Below the pieces are notes generated by a model that worked only from the letters and a program-made list of their open reading frames with translations, was not told the origin of the DNA and made no database searches. A program made the translations under genes and the position numbers. Below, one piece after another: positions 17,323-37,722 of a stretch of DNA of 64,000 nt; position 1 is the stretch's first letter; every line of letters starts with the position of its first letter. Source of the DNA: the human T2T-CHM13v2.0 reference genome, Homo sapiens; the NCBI RefSeq assembly GCF_009914755.1, contig NC_060942.1. One strand, given 5' to 3'.

Positions 17323-19649
17323 GTTTATTATTACCGATTACCTTCTCTTTCCCCGTGTTCATAATCATACATGAATTTCCTTAGTATAGTGTGGAAAGAA
17401 AACAACTATTTACATGATGACAGCTTTCCTACTGTTTCCCCTCAGCCTAGAAAGGCAGTACCTTTTTAATAAGATGACTTCCTGCATTCTTTTCTCCTAC
17501 TCTAGGATGACTTTGAAACACTTTTACTTCCTCCTTTTCTTTGCAGCCTAACATCTGAGGTTTTGCTTTGATATTTTAGTTCAGTTAATTCCAAAATATT
17601 CTGAAAATTTACTTTCCATATGTCTTTTTTCATGTTAGAAATCCTTATTTGGCATTTATATTAACTCCCAAACAGGATATCATCACCCTTTTCCATGCAT
17701 TTCACCCATCCAGTCCAAGAAGGACCCCTCACTGTTTCCTTTGTTGGTGATTCCAGGTTTCCTTTCTGAGTTTTTGATATTTGGATAGAGTCTTTCTCAG
17801 GTATTTTGTCAGTTGGAGTTTCATGTGTGACGGAAGCACCAACTCTCCCCTATCTTCATATGGCCTTCACCCTGCAACAGATAAATTATAATGCACAGGG
17901 CCTTGCTGGTGCAGCTTGCTTAGTGCCTGTTCCACGTTCATCTGCCATCTTCTGGCACGATCCCTTCCTTTAAGCTCCTGTCCACAGTCTTCAGCTTCTT
18001 GTCTTCTGTCTCTAACAGTTGAGCTCCTGTGAGTAGCTATTTTCTCTTTGCTGCCTACTGAGGCCAAGTGGCTGGATACAAAGGTGGGGTCTCATGAATG
18101 GACCCGCCACTAGTGTTGCAGTTGTCAGGGTTTCAGTTCCCTGCCAGGGAACCAGGAGGCTATCACCGAACCGCCCAAGAGGGAGAAACGACACTATCCA
18201 ACTGCTCATGTCTCCTTAACTCAGCCAGGGCCAGGACTAAAACGCGAATAACCTTTCTCTCCATCTATTTTTAGGCACACATGAATGCGTGTTGTGAGTT
18301 GCACTCAGACAACCATTACCTCATTGGAGACAGATTCCTGGCCCTTTCCCTTCTCCACTAAAATATAATTTAGAAGGGGAAACAGGTTTTGTCTGTTTTG
18401 TTCACTGCATTGTCCTTGTGCTGAGAAGGGTACCTGGAGTAAGTTAATGAATGAATGGATGCACTTTAGAAGTAACATTAAACAATATGCTGGCCCGAGT
18501 TTTGAAAAGTGATATCTCGTGGTAGCTTTCCAAACATTATATGCTCATTTATAACAATAAGGCAATTTTTTTCTTGTGTAAAAAGGTGTGCAAAAAACTT
18601 ATTTACTTACCAGGAATAACACTTAACAGTACCGATTTGTCATCTTCATCTTTTTTTTTCCAATGAAGGAGGAACAATAAAACAAGCATATGGTGTATAG
18701 TAAGAGGGCTGAAACTATCAAGAGAAATTTTACTAAGAGCCTCTCAGAAAAGTGATTCCCCTCCAAGATATGCAGATGTACTGCTGAAGACTCTGTTCCC
18801 AGGGGAGAAAGGTGTCTTTCCTTGGTGTGAATTTATGGCTGCAAAGTTTGGCTTGTTCCTGTGAGGATGTTTGTGATGTGACTTACAGGATATCAGCAGT
18901 CAAGAGACCGAAGTCAAATTGTCATTTAACTGCAGAAGCGAAGTTAAATTGTCATCTTCATGTAAGGCTGTAAGAAGGTCTAAATGAGGATGGACCCAGA
19001 CTGGACAAGTGATATTTACATGTGCTGATATTAAACACGACACCATGAGGACTTGGAGCAATGCTGACACTCAAAGGCATTTCCTTCCTTTTGTTATTAA
19101 ATTTAGAATGGGAAAATAGAAGAAAAACTTTTACCCTGTTAACCGTAGGCTTATGAATGAATGTTGTCCATTGTGTTCCGAACAACTATTCTAAAAGTAG
19201 GCCCATATATGAAGGTCTGCAAATGGAGGACAAAAGAATCAACTTCTATTATTAATCTCTGTGGGGCAAGATATATCTTGAATTTTAAGAAATGGGGTTG
19301 TGGACTCAAGCATTAGGCTGACATTATAATGCAACTCATTTCTCCCTCTGGGTTCACCTTCTCTCTGGTCTTATTTTCAGGGAGTCTGGATGTGCTCCAG
19401 TTTTTGCCCAATGGGGAAAAAGTGTATTGTCCTGTATACAGGTGGGTTGGGTGCTAGATAACAGTAACTGCAGCTCCTCATAAGGATAACTTTGCACCTG
19501 AGTTCACATGCATCCATCAGGTAATGTAGCCTTCTTATTTCACCCCTGTTTATAACTTGCATTCTCATATCATTGCACTTTTAGCAAAGTTGCATAACAC
19601 ATTAAAACCTGATCTCAGCTGTGCTCTGGGGAATGAATGAGAAGGCATG

Positions 19650-20755
19650 GATGCAGAGAAGACAGTCATATTCTCCTGATTTTTCTCTCAGCTCTCTGGC
19701 AGTTCCTTCTCCATCCTCTCTACTGGGTCCTTGTCATCTCCCTGGCTTTACACAAGTTAGGCTCATAAACTTCTCACTTTATCTGCATTCCCTTCCTTTC
19801 TTGGTAATCTCACAGAGTCTCATGCCTTTAAATACAGTCTCCTCAATTTCTATGGATGATAAGTCCAATCTTAAAATTGCAGCAAAAATATTGAAATCAA
19901 ACATACTCTTTCCCCCCTTCCAAGTTATTTATCTGATCTATTGGTAAATTCCATTGGTTTTTACCTTCAAACTATATTATATTATTATGCAGTTACTCCT
20001 GACTACCTTCACTGTTATCAATGGAGTTTATGTAACCATCTTCTCTTGCTTTATTAGTCCAGTAGTTTCTCTGTTTTGCCTTTGTTCTCTTCTTTATATT
20101 CTCGCAGAGAAGCTAGATGGATCTTCTTAAGGTAAAACAACACATATATCACTTCTATGATGAAAATGGCTCCATCTCATCTAGATAAAAGCCAAAGTCC
20201 CCCAAGGCTGGCAAAGCCTTGTGTAATCTGGATCCCAATTTATCTGACCTCATCTTTCTCTACTCATTCCCAGCTCATTTTGCTCCAACCACACACACTT
20301 CTTTGCTATTCCTTGAACATAACACATGTGCTTTGGACACAGAGCCTTTGTACACAGGTTTTCCATCCAGCTACCAAGATACTTTACGTGCCTCACTCCC
20401 CATCTTTCTAAAGGATTTTACTTAAATCTCATCTCTGTGTGGTTCCCCTCGGTCACCTTATTTGAATTTGCAACTTCTCTTAATCTCAACCCCCCCATTA
20501 CCTTTCCTTCTTTTAAATTTTCTCTTTATTACTTGTTGCTGGGTAAGATGATACCTGTTTTACTTAGTTTTTTTTTTTTTTTTTTATTGTCATCTCTCAC
20601 ACCTTCCCCAAAGTCAACAGAATGCGAACTCCAGAAAATAATGAATGTATTTCTGTTATCTTCTCTGTTGCAGCCCCAGGACTTGGAACATTACAAGTAC
20701 CATAGTAGGAGATGAATAAATATTTGCAAATTTAATAAATGAATGAGTGAGTGAA
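19650..20755 (+). mobile_element. L2 LINE 3' portion
   Basis: Ends with L2-type tail 'catagtaggagatgaataaatatttgcaaatttaataaatgaatgagtgagtgaa'; upstream pyrimidine-rich L2 motifs. Confidence 0.75.
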
Positions 20756-22989
20756 ACAATCAACCAACCGACCAATCAATCAATTTCCTCTCAGATTATG
20801 GTGTTGGCCAGATGAGCCCTCTGGTGAGAATTCTGGTTTGAGAATTAATAGACCTGTAAGGTAAATAGTCTAAGTCAAATGATAAGAAAATAGCAAAAGC
20901 AAAGTATGCCATGTGACAAACCCCTAGGGACTCCAGAAATAATGACGTCAAAGATGAATCCTTAAAAGAGAGCTCAAGCCCCTGTAAGTACAGGTGGTAC
21001 TCGTAAGATAGCAAAATTTCATTTGCACATTAATATGACATCCTTTGTAAGCATAGGATGGTGAAAACTGTGGTCACTTAGTGCTTACTTTTATATTTGT
21101 GTGCATGTTTAAGTATATTTGTATATGCCAAAATATGAGTGTACATGTGTATTTGTTGAATGTCAAAACATTAACACTGATCATATGCCATATCCGGGGG
21201 TACAATTATGAGCATATTTTAATTTTTTTAATTTAAAATTTTTGCTATAGCTTACATAATTTACTTTTGATGATTCAGCATGCACAGTGTGAAATTATGT
21301 GTTTGTTACCTAGGTTTTAATCAGGAAATTAGGGTGTTTGGATTTAGGATGGTTCTAATCAGGAGGAACATAACCTCTGAAGGGGCCATTCTGAGCAGTT
21401 CATTTGATGTAGTTCCATCCACCATCCCACTTTGCTAATTAGCATGACAAATGTCTAAACAGGATTTTTGTTGTTGAAATGATGACCTATTACTTAGCAT
21501 GATGAATTTTATAAACAGGCTGTTTTGATGACATTAAGAAAATTTTACATACAGAGTAAGGTAAAAATATTTTGTAGGTAATTCCACCTATGCATGGATA
21601 GAAACTAAAGTTTCTATGTCCAGCCTGTAGGAGTAATGTTACAGGCTGAATCCCTAAATGGTCCCGAAGCCAGCCGAGTAATCTTGGGGATTCTGACTGC
21701 TTGATCCCACCCAGCCTTTAAGGCACACACATCTTTTCCCTGGATTTGGGTATTTTCCCTAACTGAACAATTAATGTGATCTGTTGACCAGAAAAGTTAA
21801 AAAGATAAAAACCTGGAACTTTCTCCAGTTTACGGAATGGGCTATAAGACCACCTTTTATGCCAAATTGGTAATAAATACTTAGTTAGCAAATCCCTTTT
21901 TGACTGGCAGAATTGTTTCTGTGTGGCATTGCTTATAATTTGGTAGGTAGAGGAGTAGCTAGCATTCCTCCATTGCAGACTTCTTCAGCAAGTACCAACC
22001 TCTACCCAAAGGAATCTAAGTCAGTTCGGGCTTAAGGCTGATTGTAACAAACACCATGTTTAGAAAGGAAGTGATACATAAAATTCTCATGCAAGCCATT
22101 CACTCTCAATATAAAATAAAATTAACTTGCTGCGAGAAATTATTTAGGTAGCTTTTGAAAGATATCCATAGTACAGGTGAGGGAGGAGGACTTTGAGTGG
22201 CTTTTCTTTGCCCATACTGATGCTATTGTAGCACATCAATTCTTCTGCATGATTTGGAGATCAAAGCATATGAAAAGTGTAAAAAGAATGCATTTGATTA
22301 AAGATATTAAAAATCATGTTGTGTCTTAAATTCAATTTCTTATGTGCTATTTCTCAGAGAACATTATATCGTTTGCCTTTAATTTCAGCCGAAAACCTGA
22401 TGCAAAATATAACCCACAATTACTGTGTATCTATTTATCCAAAGACAGATACGGAACTGTTTCTGCTCTGAGGTTTCTCATTGTGCTTTGATTTGTATCC
22501 CTCTTTAACACATCATGAAACTGGAAGCATGAGTACTGTGAGCTGCGTCTTTTATTAGTTAGGCTCTGGATCAGTACCTTTAATAGAAGTAAAATGGTAA
22601 TCTATATCCACTCCAACATCAGAAGAATTGAATATTAGCTCCAACGTTTCCTTTTGCATTCAGCAAATACTTTATTTATTCTTTTGTCTACTTTATATAT
22701 TGATCATCACTTTTTTATGTAAATGAATGTTTCTATGTCCTCATTCTTCTTTTATTGCCTCTCTCGGGTAATTTGATGTGATAGGTACTTGATTAAAATC
22801 ATGTTTCTACCCATATTATTTACATCTCATCATTCATAAGTATAGTTTAGTGGTGGAAGGAAATTATTTCCTTTGATGACAATCATATATAAAATTAATA
22901 CTACTTTACCTTTTGAAGAATAATGCAATGCATTATCTAATAATTGGATTAAGTGAACAAAACAATTCTAAACATATTGGTTTATATTA

Positions 22990-23215
22990 TTTTTATTGAG
23001 TATAATTGAAAACTAAATATTATATATAAGGTGTACAACATGACAATTTGATATTCATATTTAAGATGAAATGATTATCACAATAATTAATAAACACATC
23101 CATCACCTCACATAGTTACTATTTTTTTATGGTGAGAACATACAGTCAGCAAATTTCAGGTACACAATTATGTACTATTAACTGTAGTCACCATGTTGTA
23201 CACTCGAGCCCCAAA
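22990..23215 (-). mobile_element. L1MA-type 3' end
   Basis: 'taaggtgtacaacatga...aacacatccatcacctcacatagttact...ttaactgtagtcaccatgttgtac'. Confidence 0.75.
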
Positions 23216-24284
23216 ATTCAACAAGTTTCATTCATAACTAAGTTGGAAGACTTGTCAATAAAGGTACTTTTGAAATGTGAAATGTGACATCATCTTTATA
23301 ACATCCTTTATATATAAAGCACTTAAAAACTAACAGGGTAAGTGCTAACCTTTTTACAGAAGACATTGTCACTTTACACTTGGTACTTGTCTCTTCAGAT
23401 TTTGTCATGTTTATCTAATGATCCAAGTTTTTCAGCCTCTTCTAAGTCTCAGATGGTAGGACTTACACCAAGGCCACAGCTCCTACCCAGCCTCCGCTGG
23501 GTCCAACGTCACCACAATGAAGGGTAGCTGGACCATGTTTAGGTACCCTGCTGAGATCCTATCTCACTATTAAAGTCTTATACATTTTGCATTATTTACT
23601 TTTCTGCTTGAATTCTATATTCTTATCAATAATTCTATGGCCTCAGTTTTCTCTATCTCTGAAATTTGAGATTTTTATTAGATAATATTTAGGTGCCATG
23701 CAAACACTGGTATCCATTCATTACTTGGTTATTACACATTTATTAAATATAGATTATGTGCATGCTTCACACCATGATGAGCACCAAGGATTCACAAAGA
23801 CATTTTCCACGATTATATTTTAAAGGTTTCCAAACTGTTTGGGAAGATAGGACATATAAGAAAAATTGATAACAGTTTACATTATCATGCAATATCACTG
23901 AAGCGAGTGGGGCAGATTATCTGTTTTATAGACTTTCTTTTTATTTTATTTTATTTTATTTATTATTATTATACTTTAAGTTTTAGGGTACATGTGCACA
24001 ATGTGCAGGTTAGTTACATATGTATACATGTGCCATGCTGGTGCGCCGCACCCACTAACTCGTCATCTAGCATTAGGTATATCTCCCAATGCTATCCCTC
24101 CCCCCTCTCCCCACCCCACCACAGTCCCCAGAGTGTGATGTTCCCCTTCCTGTGTCCATGTGTTCTCATCGTTCAATTCCCACCTATGAGTGAGAACATG
24201 TGGTGTTTGGTTTTTTGTTCTTGCGATAGTTTACTGAGAATGATGATTTCCAATTTCATCCATGTCCCTACAAAGGACATGAAC

Positions 24285-27578
<3,294 letters not shown>

Positions 27579-28007
27579 TCAGATATGGGGATTACCTGAG
27601 AAGATTTTAGAAAGGAAGGAAGTTTCATTTGAACTATAAAGAAACCATATATACTTACCATAAATAAGACTTAAAGTTGTCATGGAGATCTTGAAAACTA
27701 AGGATTTGGCTTAATGTGTATACCCTGTAAGTGATAATTTTTAGTGATTATGCTAGGTATTAAAATATTGTAACACAAATATAAATAGTGTCAGTGTTTT
27801 ACCACATTGAGTGAAGCGTAGAAACCTTATTTCCATTTAGGTCCCTATAGGTAAGGGTAAAGGTCCCCCCTTTTAAACATCATCAGTACCGGATAGTGTT
27901 ATAATTTTTGTTGCTAACGTCACAACTCATTTAGAAAGCTCATAAGGAGGATCATCTATTGTATTTACATATATTTCTCCTATTTCTGTTGTTTTTTGCT
28001 TAACAAA

Positions 28008-30543
<2,536 letters not shown>

Positions 30544-31539
30544 CCAAAGCTCCAAGTTTCTTTGTTTTATCACATCTTTTCTTTTTTATAGAAAGTCCTT
30601 TAGCCATTCTTTAAGGGTAGGTCTATTAGCCTTTTGTTTTGTTTTTGTTTTCTTTCATCAGAGAAAATGTTTGTTTCCCTTCATTCAATTGGATAGATTC
30701 ACTGGGTATAGAATTTGCAGTTGACAGGTGTTTTGGCACTTGAAAATTGTTTTGCCACATTATCTGCTGCATGGTTTCAGATAATTTCTGCTGTTATTCA
30801 AATTTGTGTTTCTCTATAGGTAATGTGTACTTCCCTTTGGCTGCTTTCCAGATGCTTTCTTTATCATTTGTTTTTAGATGTTCACTTATAGTGTATCTTG
30901 ACATGGATTTCTTTGGGTTTATTCTATAGAGAGATTGATTAGCTTCTTGAATCTGTCTGTGTATGACTTTTGCTAAATTTGGGAAGTTTCCAGACTTATT
31001 TGTTTGAATACTCTAAGCCCACTCACTTTATCCTCTGCTACTGAGAATCTAATGTATGTATGTGGACTTTTTGTTATTGTCCACCTGAGGCTCTGTTAAT
31101 TTTTTTTCTACTCTATTTGCTCTGTTGTTCAGATTGAGTGAAGTCTATTGATTTGTCCTCCAGTTCAATGATTATATTCTCTGTTATTTCTATTCTGCTA
31201 TTTGAGCCTATTCAGTGAGTTTGCAGTTTTAAAAATTTCTATTATTATTTTTTTCAGTTCTACAATTTCGATTTTATTCTTTTTTTATAACTTCAATTTC
31301 TATGCTAAAATTTTCTATTTTGAAAATTTGTTTCAAAAGAATTTGTGATTACTTGCTGAATTATATTTGGGATGATTTCTTTATAATCCTCAATAGACAA
31401 TTTGAACATCTGATTAATAAACCTTGGTGTTTATATCAGTTTATTATCTTTTAAAATTTATCTTGTAATTTTCCTGGTTCCTAGTATAATAGGTGATTTT
31501 CATATGTATTCTGGAAATTTTGGCTCTCATAATCTGGAT

Positions 31540-31583
<44 letters not shown>
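31540..31583. repeat. (TCTA)11 tetranucleotide STR
   Basis: Seen directly. Confidence 0.95.
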
Positions 31584-33347
31584 CCTCTCTATCTATTTTC
31601 TTAGCAGTCATTCACTTGTTTAGGTTTAGCACACAGGCCCTGGCCTTTTTTGATGGCTGTAGTCCTAATGGCAATTAATTTTCAGAGTCTTTGTCATGTT
31701 ATTTTGATCTGCTTGCTTTATCTTGTGCCACGGGGGCTCCCTCTGGTCCATGCTAGTGATGCTTGAGGTGGCAGCCAAAATAGGTTTTCTCAGTCTGGGA
31801 TGCCTGTTGCCTTCAAGTGGGGGAAAAGAGTCTCTGGCCCATAGGGAAAAATCGTGTTTCCCAGGACAGGTGCTCTTTGAAGAGAAGGACCCTTCTGCCC
31901 ATGGAGTATCAAGTAAGCTTCCCAGGCATGGATTTGTCATTAAAGAATTCCCCTTGCTGGAGACCCTGGATTCCCTTTGTCTCTTGGCATGGGAAGGGAG
32001 TCTCAGGCCTAGTGGAGAAAAGGGAAGGAGAGCATTGTCTTAGGTGACTATTGATCCCTTTTGCCAGAGGAATTGGGTTTGCCGGGTATTATTGGCAAGA
32101 TTCCGACTCAATACTATGGAAGGATGGGCACATCTGGGCTGCCTTCTGCTGTTAGGTTGAGGTTCTGTGACTTGGGTCTCTTTATTCTGTTGGGTAGGAC
32201 AACATAAATTGCCCTGCAGCTATATTGTTTCTCCATTTCTGAGTTTCTAACTAGTTTGCCTTTGTCTTTCCACCTTTTTTTAGTTCCGTTTTTGCTGTCT
32301 TGTGCATTATTTCAGGGTTTATTTTTTGTGCTTAGTGGAGAAGAGCAGGAAGAGACAAGTTTACATTACCTTGTACAGGTCAGAGGTTCTCCTTGCTCAA
32401 ATGTGGACTTCTAAAAACAAATCCTTTTAAGAAAGAAATGCAAGGCTTAACCAATGTGCTGAGAAAGACAATTTTAGTGAGGCAATTGGTGTTTCTCTCA
32501 TGCTTCCTCCTTTCAGGATCTTTTAGGGTCTTTCTTGCTCTTCTTTCTCATTTTCACTCTCTCGTCTGTTTTTATTCCCTCTTAGATTCAACACCAAGTG
32601 TGAAAGTTTTGCAAGGCCAAAAATAAGTGGTACCTTTAGAAGAAAATTTTCATCATTCCTTTTCATTATTACTCTGGCTGTTTTACATTATTTTCTTTCT
32701 CAGGTAATTGTAATTTCTGAATGTTATATGTTTTCCATTCTACTGTCCAGAATTCAGAATCTGGGAATAGTATAATAAGTTAGTTATTGACATACATAAT
32801 TTTTGACATGGTTATTCACAAGCTATAACTGTATAGATCCAGGAACTTTCAGTGTATTTGGAGTTATTTTTGAATGTGCTAATTGCTGTCCTTTGAAAAC
32901 AGCAATAACTATCATAGTATTAAAAATGGTAAAGTATGAATATGAAAACTTTCATACTTTATTGAAATATGAAAATGAAATATGAAAAATTTATTGTAAA
33001 AATTATTGGTATTCTCTATGATAGAAATTGAAAGTAAAATAACTGATTTTTATCACATTTTATTACAATTGAATTTTAAACTAATTAGAATTAGACAAAC
33101 TCTTCAAACTCATATGTTTTCAGGACTCAGCTAAATTTGTAGACTCTTATTTCAGGATTAAAGATTGGTCAGGTTAAATTTCACATATTCCCACCTTGAG
33201 CAGTGTGATTATTGGTCATTCTTTAGGGCCCTGGGAATCGAAGGTGTAGAAATATAACTTGGAAGTTATTTATATATTGCCGATTAGTTATGAATAACAA
33301 GAGTCAACATCTATTTAGCTACCTTTCCATGTTCTTTATTTAGCATC

Positions 33348-35633
33348 TGAGATGGTTTAGCTCTGTGTCCCCACCCAAATCACGTATGTAGCTCCCATAA
33401 TTCCCATGTATTGTGGGAGGGACCTATTGAGAGACGAATGAATTATGGGGGTGGGTCTTTCCTGTACTGCTCTCATGACAGTGAATAGGTCTCATGGGAT
33501 CTGACGGTTTTAAAAATGGGAGTTGCCCTGCACAAGCTCTGTTTTTGCTTGCTGCCATCCATGTAAGATGTAAGTTGGTCCTTGCCTTCTGCCATGATTG
33601 TGAGACCTCCCCAGCCATGTGGAACTGTAAGTCCAATAAACCTCTTTTGTAAATTGCCCAGTCTTCGGTATGTCTTTATCAGTAGTGTGAAAACAAACTA
33701 ATACAGTAAATTGGTACCAGTAGTGGGGTGCTACTGAAAAGATACCCAAAAATGTGGAAGTGATATTAAAACTGGGTAACAGGCAGAGGTTGGAATAGTC
33801 TGGAGGGCTCAGAAGAAGACAGGAAAATGTGGGAAAGTTTGGAACTTCCTAGAGACTTGTTGAATGGCTTTAACAAAAATGCTGATAGTGATACGGACAA
33901 TAAGGTCCAGGCTGAGGTGGTCTCAGATGGAGATGAGGAACTTGGGAACTGGAGCGAAGGTGACTTGTTATGTTTTAGCAAACAGACGGTGGCATTTTGC
34001 CCCTGCCCCAGAGATTTGTGAAACTTTGAACTTGAGAGAGATGATTTAGGGTATCTGGTGGAAGAAATTTCTAAGCAGCAAAGCATTCAAGAGGTGATGT
34101 GGGTGCTGTTAAAGGCATTTAGCTTTATAAGGGAAGCAGAGCATAAACGATTGAAAATTTTCCAGCCTGACAATGCACTCTAAATCCCATTTTCTGAGAA
34201 GAAATTCAAGCTGGCTGTAAAAATTTGCATAAGTAACAAGGAGCTGAATGTTAATCCCCCAAGGCAATGGAGAAAATGTCTCCAGGGCATGTCATAGGTC
34301 TTCACAGCAGCCTCTCCCATCATAGTCCCAGAGGCCTAGGAGAAAATGTTTTAATGGGCCGGGCCTAGGGTTCCCATGCTGTGTGGAGCCTAGGGACTTG
34401 TGCTTTGCATCCCAGCCACTCCAGTTGTGGCTGAAAGGGGCCAACATAGAGCTTTGGCCATGGCTCCAGAGGTTGCAAACATCAAGCCTTGACAGCTTCC
34501 ATGTGGTGTTGAGCCTGCGAGTGCACAAAGGTGAAGAATTGGGTTTTGGGAGCCTCCACCTAAATTTCAGAAGTTGTATGGGAATGCCTGGATGCCCAGG
34601 CAGAAGTTTGCTGCAGGGGTGGGGCCCTCATTGGAGAACCTCTGCTAGGGCTGTGTAGATGGGAAATGTGGGGTCAGAGCCCCCACACAGAGTTCCTACT
34701 GGGGCACTGCCTAGTGGAGCTGTGAGAAGACGGCCAACTCCTCCAGACCCCAGAATGGTAGATCCACTGGCAGCTCACACCATGCACCTGGAAAAGCCAC
34801 AGACACTCAATGCCAGCCCATGAAGGCAGCCAGGAAGGAGGCTGTACCCTGTGAAACCATGGTGGTGAAGCTCCCAAGACCATGGGAACTCACCTCTTGA
34901 ATCAGCATGACCTAGATGTGAGACATGGAGTCAATGGAGATAATTTTGGAGTTTTATTATTTGACTACCCTGTTGGATTTTAGACTTGCATGGGGGCTGT
35001 TGCCCCTTTGTTTTGGCCTATTTTCCCATTTGGAATGACTGTATTTACCCAACGCCTCTATCCCCATTGTATCTAGGAAGTAACTAACTTGCTTTTGATT
35101 GTACAGGCTCATAGGTGGAAGGGACTTGCCTTGTCTCCATGAGACTTTGGACTGTGGACTTTTGAGTTAATGCTGAAATGAGTAGAGACTTTGGGGGACT
35201 GTTGGGAAGGCATGATTGGTTTTAAAATGTGAAGATATGAGAGTTGGAAGGGGCCAAGTGTGGAATGATATGGTTTGGCTCTGTGTTCCTACCCAAATCT
35301 CATCTTTTAGCTCCCATAATTCCCACATCCTGTGGGAGGGACCCAATAAGAGATGATTGAATTATGGAGGAGGGTCTTTCCTGTGCTGTTCTTGTGATAG
35401 TGAATGGGTCTCATGAGATCTGATGGTTTTAAAAACAGAAGTTGCCCTGCACAAGCTCTTTATTTTCCTTGCTGCCATCTACATAAGATGTGACTTTCTC
35501 CTCCTTTCCTTCTGCCATGATTGTGAGGCCTCCCCAGAGATGTGGAACTGTAAGTCCTATAAACTTTTTTTTTTTTTTTGTAAATTGCCCAGTCTTGGGT
35601 ATGTCTTTATCAAAAATGTAAAAAACTAATACA
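33348..35633 (+). mobile_element. THE1A/B-type MaLR provirus, uninterrupted: 5'LTR 33348-33705, internal region, 3'LTR 35266-35633
   Basis: Two LTRs around a ~1.56-kb internal region; perfect 5-bp TSD 'gcatc' (33343-33347, 35634-35638). Confidence 0.95.
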
Positions 35634-35989
35634 GCATCATAATAAACACCGCATGTCAAATTGGTGTATATACTGTACTGGTCATGGTTAAAATGGATTT
35701 ATTTTTTTTCAATTTGAGAGATTGTCAAATTTTATTTTCTTCAAAGTTTGAAGTGTTTTGTTTTAGTTTTTACACTTATGCAAAAAAGTCTCAACTTGAC
35801 TTAATTTGGAATTATTATCTTCTTATATGTGTTTTACATTTAGAATATTTAGATTATTGTAACATGTAAGGCAAATACAAGCCTGACTCAGACCAAAGAA
35901 TTAGGGCCCATGGTTCTTCTATAATATTTAAATTTTTACATATTCCAAATTAAAATCAACACTATACATGGAGCGTGTGTTAATTTATT

Positions 35990-37414
35990 GATTTATAATT
36001 TCAACTTTTATTTTAGATTTTGAGGGTACATGTAGATGTTTGTTACTTGATTATATTGTGTGTTGCTGAAATTTGGGATATGAATGATCCCATTAACTAT
36101 GTAGTGAGCATAGTATTCAAGAGATAGTTTTTCAGCCCTTGCTCCCCTCCAAACTGTAGTAGTTCCCAGTGTCTATTGTTGCCACCTTTATGTCCATGAG
36201 TACCCAATATTTAGCTTCCACTTTAAAGTGAGAATATGTGGTATTTGATTTTATGTTTCTGCATTAATTTGCTAAGGATAATGTCCCCCAGCTGTATTCG
36301 TGTTGCTGCAAAGGACATGATTTCATTCTTTTTTATGGCTGCGTAGTATTCTATAGTGTACATGTACCACATATTCTTTCATCCAATCCATCATTGATGG
36401 GCACCTAGACTGATTCGATTCTATGTCTTTGCTATTGTGAATAGTGTTGTGATGAACATACAAGTATATGTACCTTTTTGGTAGAACTATTTATTTTCTT
36501 TTATATATATATATATATCCAGTAATAGGATTGCAACTAGGTCTACTATTAGACGTCCTAGATATTAGGCCTTTGTCAGATACATAATTTACAAATATTT
36601 TTTTCCCATTCTATAGGTTGTCTGTTTACTCTATTGATAATGTCTTTTGCTGTGCAGAAGTTCTTCACTTTAATTAGGTCCCACTTGCCAATTTTTGTTT
36701 TAGTTGCAATTGCTTTTGAGGACTTAGTCATAAATTATTTCCCAAGGCCAATGTCCAGAATGGTGTTTCCCAGGTTTTCTTCTAGAATTCCTATAGATTT
36801 AGGATTTTTACATTAAAATCTTTCATCCATCTTGAGTTAATTTTTTAATATGGTGAAAGCGAGGGGTCCAGTTTCATTCTTCTCCATATAGCTAGCCAGT
36901 TATCCTGGCATCATTTATTGAATAGGGAATACTTTCTCCACCATTGCTTATTTTTGTCGACTTTGTCAAAGATTAGATGGCTGTAGGTGTGCAGCTTTAT
37001 TTCTGGGTTCTATATTCTGTTCCATTGGTCTATGTGTCTATTTTTGTACCAGTACTATGCTGTTTTGGTTACTGTAGCCTTACCATATAGTTTAAGTCAG
37101 GTAATGTGATGCTTCCAGCTGTGTTCTTTTTGCTTAGGATTACTTTTACTATTTAGGCTGTTTTTTGGTTTCATATGAATTTTAGGGTAGTTTTTTCTAA
37201 TTCTGTAAAAAATGACATTCATAGTTTGGTAGAAATAGCGTTGAATCTGTAGATTGCTTTGGGCAGTATGGCCATTTTAACAATATTGACTCTTCTAATC
37301 TAGGAGTGTGGAACAATTTTCCACTTGTTTGTGTCATCTCTGATTTCATTCACCAGTGTTTTGTAACTCTCACTGTAGAGATTTTTCACCTTCTTGGTTG
37401 GATATATTCCTAAG

Positions 37415-37458
<44 letters not shown>

Positions 37459-37722
37459 CTATTGTAAATGGGATTGTGTTCTTGGCTTGGCTCTTAACTT
37501 GAAGATTTTGGTGTATAGAAATGCTACTGATTTTTGTACATTTATTTTGTAACCTGAAACCTTACCAAAGACGTTTGTCAGTTCTCGGAGCCTTTTGGAA
37601 GACTCTTTAAGATTTTCTAGGTATAGAATAATATTGTCGGCAAAGAGAGGTGGCTTGACTTCTTCGTTTCCTATTCGCATGCCTTTTATTTCTTTCTTTT
37701 GCCTGATTGCTCTGGCTAGGAC
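35990..37722 (-). mobile_element. Older L1PA/L1PB 3' fragment with internal deletion
   Basis: 3'UTR 'caacttttattttagattttgagggtacatgt'; minus-strand ORF '[12 protein letters not shown]...[12 protein letters not shown]'. Confidence 0.9.
37417..37456. repeat. (GT)20 microsatellite inside L1
   Basis: Seen directly. Confidence 0.95.

Noticed and set aside
18909-18955. Short repeat 'cgaagt(c/t)aaattgtcat' twice
   Set aside because: Two units only; an ordinary micro-duplication, not an array.
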